Source of the DNA: Phycisphaeraceae bacterium
GTDB lineage: Bacteria > Planctomycetota > Phycisphaerae > Phycisphaerales > Phycisphaeraceae
Direction of reading: 5' to 3'
Length of the DNA: 64,000 nucleotides
Assembly (NCBI GenBank): GCA_963674705.1
Contig: OY771506.1
Coordinates: forward strand, 2,944,001 to 3,008,000
The translations under genes and the position numbers were made by a program. The notes under the pieces were generated by a model. That model saw nothing but the letters and a program-made list of their open reading frames with translations, was not told the origin of the DNA and did no database searches. Below are positions 20,461 through 29,725 of this stretch, in pieces (within the stretch, counting starts at the first letter, position 1; every line of letters begins with the position of its first letter).

Positions 20461-21054
20461 ATGCCCATCGGCTATGACTACAAGTGCAAGAAGTGTGGCA
20501 GCGAAAGTTGTGTGGAATGCTATCACCTGTCATTCAAATTTGATGGGCGCGATATCTTTTTGCCGCACACGACCGAATCGACAGTTCTGAAAAAGTACGA
20601 CTACACGCAGTTGCAGGCCGAGATGGAAGGGCGCTTGTTTCGCAATGAAGCCTATGCGTGTGATGCATGCAAACGGTTGTTCTTCATGCCGAGTCTGGAA
20701 TTGCCGAAGGACATGCCACCCAGTCGAAAATCGAATGTGATTTTTGGCATTATTATTTTTCCCGTGATCGGCTATATGACTTTTTGTAACTATGGAACCT
20801 TGCTAACGCTGGGGATCTGCTTGCCGATCGTTATCGCCTATGTCTTGATTGTTTCAAAGCTCGAAAAGCGGCGGCTTCATCGGCGGCTCATCGCTGAGCA
20901 CAGCCCGCCTGAAATTAATCATTGCCCGCATTGCGGATCGGATAAGATCGCACGGCTATCAAGTTTGCATCTGGATGAAGGGGATGCTTTCCCGGATAAG
21001 TGCTCGGAGTGTGGCGGGCATGAACTGGTGATTACTGGCGAATGGTTTTCCTGA
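20461..21054 (+). CDS. Hypothetical Cys-rich membrane protein (several CxxC motifs, two TM helices)
   Basis: GGGAGG RBS; CKKC, CDAC, CPHC, CSEC; central hydrophobic hairpin. Confidence 0.72.
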   Translation: MPIGYDYKCKKCGSESCVECYHLSFKFDGRDIFLPHTTESTVLKKYDYTQLQAEMEGRLFRNEAYACDACKRLFFMPSLELPKDMPPSRKSNVIFGIIIFPVIGYMTFCNYGTLLTLGICLPIVIAYVLIVSKLEKRRLHRRLIAEHSPPEINHCPHCGSDKIARLSSLHLDEGDAFPDKCSECGGHELVITGEWFS

Positions 21055-21066
21055 TTCACTTCAAAT

Positions 21067-21090
21067 AAAAACCGCGGCGATTTGCCGCGG
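21067..21090 (-). terminator. Intrinsic terminator after thiG
   Basis: CCGCGGC...GCCGCGG stem with a T tract on the minus strand. Confidence 0.7.
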
Positions 21091-21122
21091 CTCGTGAGTT
21101 GACGGTTTGGCTTGCGGGAAGC

Positions 21123-21974
21123 TTATTCACCAGGGATATAGCTGATTACGCCGGACCACGGGCTGCTGGCGGTGGCGTAGAGCTTCTTGGGGATGCGGCC
21201 GGACAGGTATGAGAGTCGACCGGCTTCTAGGGCGTGGCGCATCGCGTGGGCCATGCGGACGGCATCCTTGGCGTGGGCGATGCCTGTATTCAACAGCACC
21301 GCATCGGCGCCGAGTTCCATCGCCTGGGTGACATCGCTTGCAGCGCCGACGCCGGCATCGAGGATGACTGGGTAGTCCGGGTCGCCATCCTTCAGCAGTT
21401 CGAGGATGATGCGGATCGCATTGGGATTGAGCACACCTTGACCCGAGCCGATCGGCGAGCCGGCGGGCATCACGCTGGATGCGCCGGCCTCCTTGATTTT
21501 CACCGCCATGACCGGATCATCCGAGGTGTAGCAGAGCACCTTGAAGCCGTCCTTGACCAGTTCCTTGCAGGCCTCGAGCGTGCCGACGGGGTCAGGCAGC
21601 AGCGTCTTCTTGTCCGCCAGGACTTCGAGTTTGACCCAGTCTTTGCCGGGATTATCGAGCTGGTCGAGGATCTCCCGGCCGAGTCGAGCCACGCGCACCG
21701 CATCTTCAGCGGTGAAGCAGCCAGCGGTGTTGGGCAGGATCGTGTATCGGGACGTGTCAATGAAGTCCAGCAGCGACTCGCCTTTCTCGTTGACGAGCCG
21801 TTCACGACGGACAGCTACGGTGACCGCCTGGGTGCCGCTGGCGTCAAGCGCCTGCTGCATCGTGGGGTAGTCAGCATACTTGCCGGTGCCGACGATCAAG
21901 CGTGAACTGAGCGTTCGGCCGGCAACCTGGAAGGGGGAGTCAAGTGCTTCAACGGTATCGGTGGGAGGATTCAT
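21123..21974 (-). CDS. thiG: Thiazole synthase
   Basis: [37 protein letters not shown]. An alternative TTG start lies at 21992. Confidence 0.96.
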   Translation of the reverse strand: MNPPTDTVEALDSPFQVAGRTLSSRLIVGTGKYADYPTMQQALDASGTQAVTVAVRRERLVNEKGESLLDFIDTSRYTILPNTAGCFTAEDAVRVARLGREILDQLDNPGKDWVKLEVLADKKTLLPDPVGTLEACKELVKDGFKVLCYTSDDPVMAVKIKEAGASSVMPAGSPIGSGQGVLNPNAIRIILELLKDGDPDYPVILDAGVGAASDVTQAMELGADAVLLNTGIAHAKDAVRMAHAMRHALEAGRLSYLSGRIPKKLYATASSPWSGVISYIPGE

Positions 21975-22008
21975 TTTTGGTGGTGTATTCAAGTTAGTGG
22001 TTGGTTAC

Positions 22009-22062
22009 TTAGCCCCACGTCGACGACGTGGGGCCTGCCCCGAGTCGTCAACTCGGGGCTAA
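22009..22062. repeat. REP-like inverted doublet between thiS and thiG
   Basis: TTAG-CCCCACGTC-GAC-GACGTGGGG and, inverted, TTAG-CCCCGAGT-TGACG-ACTCGGGG. Confidence 0.7.
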
Positions 22063-22075
22063 ATACAATTATGGT

Positions 22076-22279
22076 TCATCCACCTCCGACCAGCGTCACC
22101 AGTTCGATGGTGTCGCCGTCTTTGAGGGGGGTATCGCCATGCAGCCGTTTGGGGATCACCTCGCGGTTGACCTCCACGGCCACGGCCTGCTTCTCCAGGC
22201 CCATCATTACCAGCAGTTCGAGGACGGTCGTTGCCTCGGTTTGCTTCAATTCGCCGTTAACAGTGAGATTCCGGGTCAT
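22076..22279 (-). CDS. thiS: Sulfur carrier protein ThiS
   Basis: 67 aa; VAVEVNREVI; C-terminal VGGG; upstream of thiG. Confidence 0.95.
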   Translation of the reverse strand: MTRNLTVNGELKQTEATTVLELLVMMGLEKQAVAVEVNREVIPKRLHGDTPLKDGDTIELVTLVGGG

Positions 22280-22357
22280 AACTGCAATAAAGTGTACTGT
22301 ACTTGGGTGTTCTCATAAAAGAGACCAGCAACTGATCTGGTGTACATGATCCTAGGC

Positions 22358-22978
22358 ATGGCGGACAAGATGATGCAAAAATGGATGTTATTGTTTTTGA
22401 TGATTTTTGGTTTGGGGCTGGTGGGTTGCGATCAGCAGACTGCCGCGACCAATACGAATGAATCTGCTGTAACTGAGCAAAAGCCGGCTCCGGATGGTGG
22501 CGACTCTATGGCAGAGCCGGTCGATCATCTGCAAATTATTGATGCAGAGGGCATTAAAGCAATTGTCGCTGAGACGGCGGCTCAGGATAAGGTGCTGGTG
22601 ATCGACTTCTGGGCGACCTGGTGTGTGCCTTGCGTGCAGATGTTCCCGGGGATTCACGAGGGCTTGGTTGCTCGGGGGGAGAAGGTCCGAGCGGTGTCCG
22701 TCACGCTGGACGACCCCAGCCGGGAGGCCGCTGCCATCAAATTCCTGGCAAAACATGACGCATTGCATGATGCCTACATCATCAAGAACGATTCGGACGC
22801 CCAGCAGGAGCTGGTCGAGAAGATCGGAAAGAGGTGGGACTCACTGGTCGTCCCGGCGATCTTGGTTTACGATGCTAAGGGTAATCTGGTCGGTGAATTC
22901 CTGGAAGGAGGAATGACCGACGCGATACTCGAACAGGTAGATGACCTGCTCGCATCAGGCCAGGAACCGCAATCATGA
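22358..22978 (+). CDS. TlpA-like thioredoxin-fold lipoprotein
   Basis: Lipobox LVGC; VIDFWATWCVPC; VVPAILVYD. Confidence 0.85.
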   Translation: MADKMMQKWMLLFLMIFGLGLVGCDQQTAATNTNESAVTEQKPAPDGGDSMAEPVDHLQIIDAEGIKAIVAETAAQDKVLVIDFWATWCVPCVQMFPGIHEGLVARGEKVRAVSVTLDDPSREAAAIKFLAKHDALHDAYIIKNDSDAQQELVEKIGKRWDSLVVPAILVYDAKGNLVGEFLEGGMTDAILEQVDDLLASGQEPQS

Positions 22979-23691
22979 AAATGACTGAAGAGGTCACAAG
23001 CCCGCTCTATGACTTGTGGTCGAAGTTTTATGACTACACGTTTGGTGCGTTAGTGCATCAACGCCAGATCAAAGCCGTGCAACAGCTCAAGCCTAAGCCC
23101 GGCGAAACCATTCTGGATCTCGGTGTCGGCACAGGCATGACACTGAAGTATTACCCGCGCGATATCAATGTTGTGGGGATGGACCTCTCCGAGGGGATGC
23201 TTTCCAAGGCCGCCAAAAAAATCGAATCCGAAGGCTTGAAAAACTGCTTCCTGATACAGGGCGACGCGATGAACCCGCCTTTTGCGGAAAACAGTTTTGA
23301 CCATGTGATGATTACACATGTCGTGACTGTCGTCAGTGACCCGGCCAAACTCATGGCCTGGGCGAGGCGGATGGTTAAGCCCGGCGGGCGTATCGTCGTG
23401 CTGAATCATTTTTTGAGCACCAATCCCTTCATCGCCTGGTGGGAGCGTGTGACCAACCCGATCTTTGTGAAAATCGGCTGGCGCAGCGACCTGTCCCTGG
23501 AGGATTGTTTGAAAGACAGCGGCTTGACTGTGCAATACAACTTTAAACTCGCCCGGCTGGACCTCTGGCAGATCGTTGTACTGGGTGAGGAGGGTAACCA
23601 GCAGGGCAAGCCTTTTCAGCCCAGAACCGACGATGTTGTGACCGATGACGGACCCGCAGGCAAAAGCCATACGGCGCTGGCGATAGACTGA
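22975..23691 (+). CDS. Class I SAM methyltransferase, PmtA-like (phospholipid N-methyltransferase)
   Basis: YDLWSKFYDYTFG, ILDLGVGTG, VVTVVSDP, VKPGGRIVVLNHF. Confidence 0.78.
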   Translation: MKMTEEVTSPLYDLWSKFYDYTFGALVHQRQIKAVQQLKPKPGETILDLGVGTGMTLKYYPRDINVVGMDLSEGMLSKAAKKIESEGLKNCFLIQGDAMNPPFAENSFDHVMITHVVTVVSDPAKLMAWARRMVKPGGRIVVLNHFLSTNPFIAWWERVTNPIFVKIGWRSDLSLEDCLKDSGLTVQYNFKLARLDLWQIVVLGEEGNQQGKPFQPRTDDVVTDDGPAGKSHTALAID

Positions 23692-23800
23692 TTGTTGTCA
23701 CGTTTCAACTGCTTGTGAATCCAGATGATCCAGTGGTTTCTTGCCGCTGTCAGCACCTCGACGTATATTCGCGGCAACCTCGATTGGGGAGTGTGACCTT

Positions 23801-26800
23801 ATGGATCAACGCACGGATCGCGTCTTGGGTGACTACGCCCCGCGAGTCAGAAAAACACATCGTTACTTGCAGGCCCTATGCGCTTGTATCTGCGTGCTGC
23901 TGTTAGGCGGCATGTTCATGCAATCGACGGTACACGCAGCCGACGGGGATGTGTCTACCGCTATCAGCAATCCTATTGCTGACCCTATCGTTCATGGGGA
24001 GGCTGTATTCTTCGCCCGCAAGGTTTCGGCCTGGAAACAAGGCGATGAACAGTGGCTGTTACTTGAAGGCGATGCCGGTTTCTCGATCGGCGTGTATGGT
24101 TTCCGAGCGGACAACGCCGTAGTTCGTGTCGTGACCGATCCACAGCCAGGTCGGACGATCCGTCACCTTTCAGTTTATCTGGATAACGCCAAGCACCTGC
24201 GCGGCACGGGCCCCGTTTCCGCTGAGGCCAAGCGCCTGCTTGTCACCGCTTCAACCACAGGCAAGCTTCAGGTTCAAAACGACCTGTTCGTCGAGTTGGA
24301 TCAGCAACCCCGATCCGAACTGATCACGGATGCCCTCGCTCGGATGCAGCGCTACGAGCAGGCGCTGGCCCGTGTCACGATCGAGCCGCCGACCGAGCCG
24401 CTATACGATCCGCAGATGTTCGGCCCACGCTACGCGGCCAAATACACCCCCAGCGAAGACCGTCCCGTCGAACGCAAACCCGTCGAAGTCCATCCTGTAG
24501 ATACTGTAGCGACAGGCACGGCTGTCGCGAACGAAGCCAGCAATCTTCCTCAACCGGTCGCAACCCGCGCGCCTGAGCCGGATAAGGGCACCGTACTGCC
24601 GACGCAAGGCACGGTTCTGTTGAATGCGGACCGTGTGGTGTATGACCCGGGCGAAGATGAATCGAGCATCATGCTCATCGGCAACGTACGTGTGTTCTAC
24701 GACGACTTCAAAAACGACCGACAGGTGTCCTTGCGATCCGAACGTGTTGTTGTTTTCGTCGACAAAAAACAAGACGGCGCAGCCATCGCACCCGCTTCGG
24801 TTCAAGCAGATACGGTTCGAGGTATCTACCTCGAAGATAACGTCATCGTGGCCGATCGGGACTTTACGGTCAGGGCCCCGCGTGTGTATTACGACGTGCG
24901 TGAGAACAAGGCGATCCTGCTCGATGCTGTGATCTACAGCTACGACGCCTTGCGACAACTGCCGCTATACATGCGTGCCGAGACCATCCGTCAGACCTCG
25001 GCCACCAGCTTCAACGCTCAGAACGTGCAACTGACGACCAGCGAATTCGCCGAGCCACACTTCGCCATCGGCGCCGCTCGATTGACGCTCGACAAGGAAG
25101 ATGTCGAGTCCGCTAATGATACGTACAAGTTCACCGCGTCTGATACGACCTTGCGTGTCCGGGATACGCCGTTCTTCTACTGGCCGTACTTGGAAGGCAA
25201 GCCGACAGAGGTGCCGATCAAGCGTGTCAAGACCGGCTACGACAGCGATACAGGCTTCGAACTGGAAACGGTCTGGGATGTCTTCGCCCTGGCGGGTCGT
25301 GAAGCGCCGGACGGTGTGAGGCTATTGGGTAAAGCGGACTGGCGGGGGGATCACGGCCCGGCCGTCGGGGCCGACCTTGAGTACGGCCTGGAAAACATGT
25401 TCGGCCATGCCGAGACTTACCTGCTGCTTAACGACAACGGCACCGATACCGTCGGCGGACGGCGTGACATCGAACAAGACTCCGAAACTCGCGGCTACTA
25501 CCTGTGGCAACACCGCCATTACCTGCCCAACGGCTCCGAACTGTCGCTGGAAAGCGCGTATGTCTCTGATGAAACCTTCCTCGAAGAGTTTTTCCGGGAC
25601 GAGGCCTACCAGTCCAAGCCATACGAGACCTCGCTCTACTGGAAGAAGCAGAGCGAAGACCAGGCGCTGACATTCCTCACCCGTTACGACCTGACGGACT
25701 TCACGCCGCAACTGGCCCCGCTTCAAACGCCCGGCTACACGGTCGACAAGGCCCCGGAAGTCAGCTACTTCCGCACGGGAACGAGCCTCTGGGATGACAA
25801 GCTGACCTGGTTCAGCGAAAACCGCGCAGGATTCGTCCGGATCAGGCCGGGTGAAGACACGCCATTTGATCGCGGTTTCAGTAATCGGGCTTCGATGACT
25901 TTGTTCGGCATCCCCAACACAACCGCGTTTGATGATGCGGTGTTCGCAACGGGTGTACCGGACGAGTGGGTTTTCCGCGTGGATTCACGGCAGGAAGTCA
26001 ACATGCCGATCGAGGCTGGCGACTTCACGATCGTGCCTTACGCGGTCGGCCGGGTCACTGCTTACGACGAAGACTTCTCCGCCTATGCCGGTGAGGCCGA
26101 CCAGTACCGCCTCTGGGGTTCGCTGGGCACGCGCGTTTCTACGCAACTCAGCAGGACGTTTGATACCCAAAACGGAATGCTTGATGTCGACGGCATCCGC
26201 CACATTGTTGAGCCCAGCGTCGATGTATTCGTCTCCGGCTCAAGCCTCGATTCCGAAGATATTCCGGTGTATGACTACGATGTCGAATCGCTCCAGGAAG
26301 GGGAGGGCCTCCGGCTGGGCCTGACCAACACGTTCCAGACCCACCGCGGCAGCGGCGCCCAACGGCGTGCGGTCGACTGGATCGTCTGGCGGACAGACCT
26401 GGTCTTCAATAATTCCGATGCCGATGTGGATGATGAAATCGCTCGTTTCTTCGATTACCGCCCCGAGTACAGCACCGGTGGCGATCACCTGTACACCGAA
26501 CTGCTCTGGATGGTCACAGATACATTTGGCATCACCGGTGAGTTAACCCACAGCATGGAACACGACCGCATCGTGCAGTGGCGTGTCGGCGGGTCCCTGC
26601 AACACACGCCGCGTTTTACCTCATTCGTCCGCTATGACGAGATCGATCTGCTGGACAGCAGGCTGCTGTCCTTCGGCTTCACATACGTCCTGACAGTCAA
26701 GTACCAGATGGGCTTCCGGCAGAGGCTCGATTTTGAACGGGATGAGTCCCAGTCGGTCGACGTCTGGCTCGAACGCCGAGTACCCAAGTGGCGTATCCGC

Positions 26801-26899
26801 CTGACCGCCAGCGTCGACGAGATCGACAATGCCCAGGCCATCGGCATCGTCCTGATCCCCGAAGGCTTCGGTGGCGGGATCAACCCCCTGATGCAGTAA
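23801..26899 (+). CDS. lptD: LptD/OstA-like outer-membrane LPS-assembly protein (start uncertain)
   Basis: Beta-jellyroll-like middle, TTSEFAEPHF, PFFYWPY, YVSDETFLEEF, RHIVEP, beta-barrel-like C-terminal half. Confidence 0.7.
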   Translation: MDQRTDRVLGDYAPRVRKTHRYLQALCACICVLLLGGMFMQSTVHAADGDVSTAISNPIADPIVHGEAVFFARKVSAWKQGDEQWLLLEGDAGFSIGVYGFRADNAVVRVVTDPQPGRTIRHLSVYLDNAKHLRGTGPVSAEAKRLLVTASTTGKLQVQNDLFVELDQQPRSELITDALARMQRYEQALARVTIEPPTEPLYDPQMFGPRYAAKYTPSEDRPVERKPVEVHPVDTVATGTAVANEASNLPQPVATRAPEPDKGTVLPTQGTVLLNADRVVYDPGEDESSIMLIGNVRVFYDDFKNDRQVSLRSERVVVFVDKKQDGAAIAPASVQADTVRGIYLEDNVIVADRDFTVRAPRVYYDVRENKAILLDAVIYSYDALRQLPLYMRAETIRQTSATSFNAQNVQLTTSEFAEPHFAIGAARLTLDKEDVESANDTYKFTASDTTLRVRDTPFFYWPYLEGKPTEVPIKRVKTGYDSDTGFELETVWDVFALAGREAPDGVRLLGKADWRGDHGPAVGADLEYGLENMFGHAETYLLLNDNGTDTVGGRRDIEQDSETRGYYLWQHRHYLPNGSELSLESAYVSDETFLEEFFRDEAYQSKPYETSLYWKKQSEDQALTFLTRYDLTDFTPQLAPLQTPGYTVDKAPEVSYFRTGTSLWDDKLTWFSENRAGFVRIRPGEDTPFDRGFSNRASMTLFGIPNTTAFDDAVFATGVPDEWVFRVDSRQEVNMPIEAGDFTIVPYAVGRVTAYDEDFSAYAGEADQYRLWGSLGTRVSTQLSRTFDTQNGMLDVDGIRHIVEPSVDVFVSGSSLDSEDIPVYDYDVESLQEGEGLRLGLTNTFQTHRGSGAQRRAVDWIVWRTDLVFNNSDADVDDEIARFFDYRPEYSTGGDHLYTELLWMVTDTFGITGELTHSMEHDRIVQWRVGGSLQHTPRFTSFVRYDEIDLLDSRLLSFGFTYVLTVKYQMGFRQRLDFERDESQSVDVWLERRVPKWRIRLTASVDEIDNAQAIGIVLIPEGFGGGINPLMQ

Positions 26900-26900
26900 A

Positions 26901-27048
26901 AAAGCAGGAAAAATTGAAAAGCAGGAAAGCTGGAAAGCAGAAAAGCAGCAGATTAAGAACTTTTGGTTCTATGGCCGGCCCAATGGGCAGCCAAACCCGG
27001 GATCATCCATGTTTTCTGCTTTTCTGCTTTCCTGTTTTTCTGCTTTCC
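26901..27048. repeat. Inverted pair of 9-mer (GAAAGCAGR) tracts
   Basis: AAAGCAGGAAAGCTGGAAAGCAGAAAAGCAG (to 26948) versus TTTTCTGCTTTTCTGCTTTCCTGTTTTTCTGCTTTCC (27012-27048). Confidence 0.8.
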
Positions 27049-27123
27049 TCTCCCCCTGTATACTGATCGGCTTGCAATTGTTCCCCGGATTCCCGTATCG
27101 AATCCAACACGGAGACCCTCACG

Positions 27124-29148
27124 GTGCTCAAGTTCTTTAGAAAGTACAACAAGTGGATCCTCGCGGTCGGTGGCGGTCTGCTGATGATCGTGTTCCTGAT
27201 CCAGCCGGTCATGCAGATGTTCCAAAAAGACCCGAACACGGTCGTGATCGGTACCTTTGATGGCGGCGAGGTCACGCGCGGCGACATCATGGCCGCCGAC
27301 GGCCAGATCAGGATCGTTCGCCAGTTCGGCCTCTACCTCGACGGCGGACGCGGCAACGAAAGCGAAGACAACATCCGCTGGGCTCTGATCCTCAAGGATG
27401 CTGAGCGACTCGGGCTCAGCGCCAGCCTCGCGGAGGTGGAGCAGATCAAGCTCAACGCGGGCCGGTCCGCGGCGGATGTCGAAATGATGGCGTCCCAGAT
27501 GAACGCGACCACCGGCTATATCAATATGGCTATCCGCAACTGGTTGATCATCCAGCGATACAAGGAACTGACCGCCGGCCAGGCGCACTTGGCGGGGGTT
27601 CAACGCGCTGCGCTCGCGCAACAGAGTTTCGCCAACAAGGATGCCGCCGTGCTCCTGCAGGCGATGGCCTACGGTAACTCGCGGATGAGTAAGCCCCTGA
27701 TCGAGCACTTCATCCAGGACCAGGGCGCCAAGGTTATGGGTAAGGCCGTGCTGATCGACGCTGAATCACTGATGGATCAAACCCCCAAACCCAGTGAAGA
27801 AGACGTCAAGACGCTGTTTGATGAATACAAAGATGCACTGCCGGGGCAGGGTGAACCCTATGGCTTCGGCTATCGTGTGCCCAACCGTGTCAAAGTCGAA
27901 TACCTCGTCATCGCGTCTGACGAAGCGAAGCAACACGTCAAGATCAACGAGGCCGACGCTCTGGCTTACCACAGAAAGCATCCGGAGCTTTACAGCACTG
28001 CCGGCTCACAAAATCAACTGAAGCCTTACGAACAGGTACGCGATCAGGTTATCGAAGACCTGACTACCGAAAAAGCCTACGCCCTGGTCGAGAAAATGAC
28101 CAAAACAGCGTTCGGCCTGCTCTACGAAGACACACGCGGGATGGATAAGGTCGACGATTACCGCGTGATCGGCGATATCACCAAACTACGGTCGATGCGT
28201 GAGGTCGCCGACAAACTGGAGGATGAATACGGCTTTCGTCCCGAGGTGGTCAAAGGCAACAGCGGTGGCTGGGTGACGGAACAGGAACTGTGGATGTTGC
28301 CCGGCATTGGACAGACCGTCCTGGCGGATAACTACAACGTCACATTCGCCGAGTATGTTCTTAGCGCACGTGAGTTGAAGCCCGGTCCGGACAACCGGCT
28401 GTTGCCGCGCCGGCTACAGGTCGGCCTGGCGGGTGCGCCCATGATGGATATCAGCCGCACGCAGTACATCTTCCGCCTGACCGACGCCGAACCGACACGC
28501 GTCCCGGATTCTCTGGATGAGGTTCGCACTCAGGTCATGCAGGATGCCTGGCGTCTGGCGGCTTATAAGAAATTACTAAGCGCTTCTGATACCTGGCTCC
28601 AGGAAGCGGTTGATGGCGGCTTGGAAGCAGTGGCGAACACTGCCGACTCCACGGTACTCGAGTTACCCGCCACGTCACGACGCATCCAAGTGACTAACGG
28701 CAAATTGGTGATCCCGCCTTTGCCGGGTATTGGCCAGAGTGCCAAGTTCATCGATGCTTTCTTCGCCACCGCGAACAGCGTCAAAGCTACCGGTGATCTC
28801 AGCAACGCACCGGCTGAAGATGTCACCGGCGTCGTCGGCGTTGATAAAGAACTGGCCTTGGCGGTCTACCGCGTTGAAGACTACGAGCCGATCACCCAGC
28901 AGGCGTATCAGGCATTGTCCGCTGACATCCGTTTACCGGTCCTGATCGAGATGTCGATGCTTAGCTCGGTAAGCGTCCCGAGCCCGATTTCGTACGATGC
29001 GTTGGTCGAACGACTGAACTACGACAACGGTTCTACAGATCAGCAGCAGGAGGCCGAAGCCGCAGCGGGCGCTGCCGCGAGTCCTGCGGATGAGCAAAAT
29101 GGCGCAGCAGAAACCGAGACCGGCGAAAGCACCGACGGCGCATCCTGA
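27124..29148 (+). CDS. SurA_N/PpiD-like membrane-anchored periplasmic chaperone
   Basis: MLKFFRKYNKWIL plus N-terminal TM; PNRVKVEYLVI; KPYEQVRDQV; SLDEVRTQV. Confidence 0.65.
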   Translation: MLKFFRKYNKWILAVGGGLLMIVFLIQPVMQMFQKDPNTVVIGTFDGGEVTRGDIMAADGQIRIVRQFGLYLDGGRGNESEDNIRWALILKDAERLGLSASLAEVEQIKLNAGRSAADVEMMASQMNATTGYINMAIRNWLIIQRYKELTAGQAHLAGVQRAALAQQSFANKDAAVLLQAMAYGNSRMSKPLIEHFIQDQGAKVMGKAVLIDAESLMDQTPKPSEEDVKTLFDEYKDALPGQGEPYGFGYRVPNRVKVEYLVIASDEAKQHVKINEADALAYHRKHPELYSTAGSQNQLKPYEQVRDQVIEDLTTEKAYALVEKMTKTAFGLLYEDTRGMDKVDDYRVIGDITKLRSMREVADKLEDEYGFRPEVVKGNSGGWVTEQELWMLPGIGQTVLADNYNVTFAEYVLSARELKPGPDNRLLPRRLQVGLAGAPMMDISRTQYIFRLTDAEPTRVPDSLDEVRTQVMQDAWRLAAYKKLLSASDTWLQEAVDGGLEAVANTADSTVLELPATSRRIQVTNGKLVIPPLPGIGQSAKFIDAFFATANSVKATGDLSNAPAEDVTGVVGVDKELALAVYRVEDYEPITQQAYQALSADIRLPVLIEMSMLSSVSVPSPISYDALVERLNYDNGSTDQQQEAEAAAGAAASPADEQNGAAETETGESTDGAS

Positions 29149-29174
29149 GTACCTGGAAGTCCGGAATGCGTGAG

Positions 29175-29525
29175 TTAACCGACGGTCGAGCCCGGCGGGA
29201 CCGGTTTGGACGGGTTGATCACCACGACATCGGTCAGTTCGTCGCCATCTTTCGCGCTGGCGGCCAGCAGCATGCCGTTGGATATCTCGCCGCGGATCTT
29301 GCGCGGTTCGAGATTCGCCACGACCACAACCTGTTTGCCGATTAGCGTTTCCGGCTCATAGTATTGCTTGATCCCCGCACAGATCTGCCGTTGCTCAAAA
29401 CCCAGGTCGATCTGCAGTTTTACCAGGCGGTCGGCGTTGGGGTGGGGTTCCGCGGCGATGATGGTCGCGACCCGCAGGTCCAGTTTCAGGAAGTCGTCGA
29501 TTTGGATGGTCGGCTTCGGGTCCAT
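29175..29525 (-). CDS. Stand-alone tRNA-binding OB-fold protein (MetRS C-terminal/Trbp111/CsaA-like)
   Basis: IDDFLKLDLRVA, HPNADRL, RQICAGI, VANLEPRKIRGEISNGMLLAA. Confidence 0.9.
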   Translation of the reverse strand: MDPKPTIQIDDFLKLDLRVATIIAAEPHPNADRLVKLQIDLGFEQRQICAGIKQYYEPETLIGKQVVVVANLEPRKIRGEISNGMLLAASAKDGDELTDVVVINPSKPVPPGSTVG

Positions 29526-29725
29526 ATGATCCTCATACTTACTAGTTCGGTTGGCGTTGGGCCGAACGAAGAAGATAACGGATATGCCACGCCTTTGCCT
29601 GCGGATATACCCGGGCCGGGGCCCCGAGACACCGGATTGTCGGCCGAGAACGGGAGCACAACAGGACGGCTGTGCGAAACAACACCCAGACAAACCGAAG
29701 CTCATACAAACCCAAAGCCCCTCCC

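Noticed and set aside
22280..22357. TPP riboswitch upstream of thiS-thiG
   Set aside because: Only ~80 bp separate the divergent genes. A lone TGAGA-like word is present, but no supporting aptamer structure.
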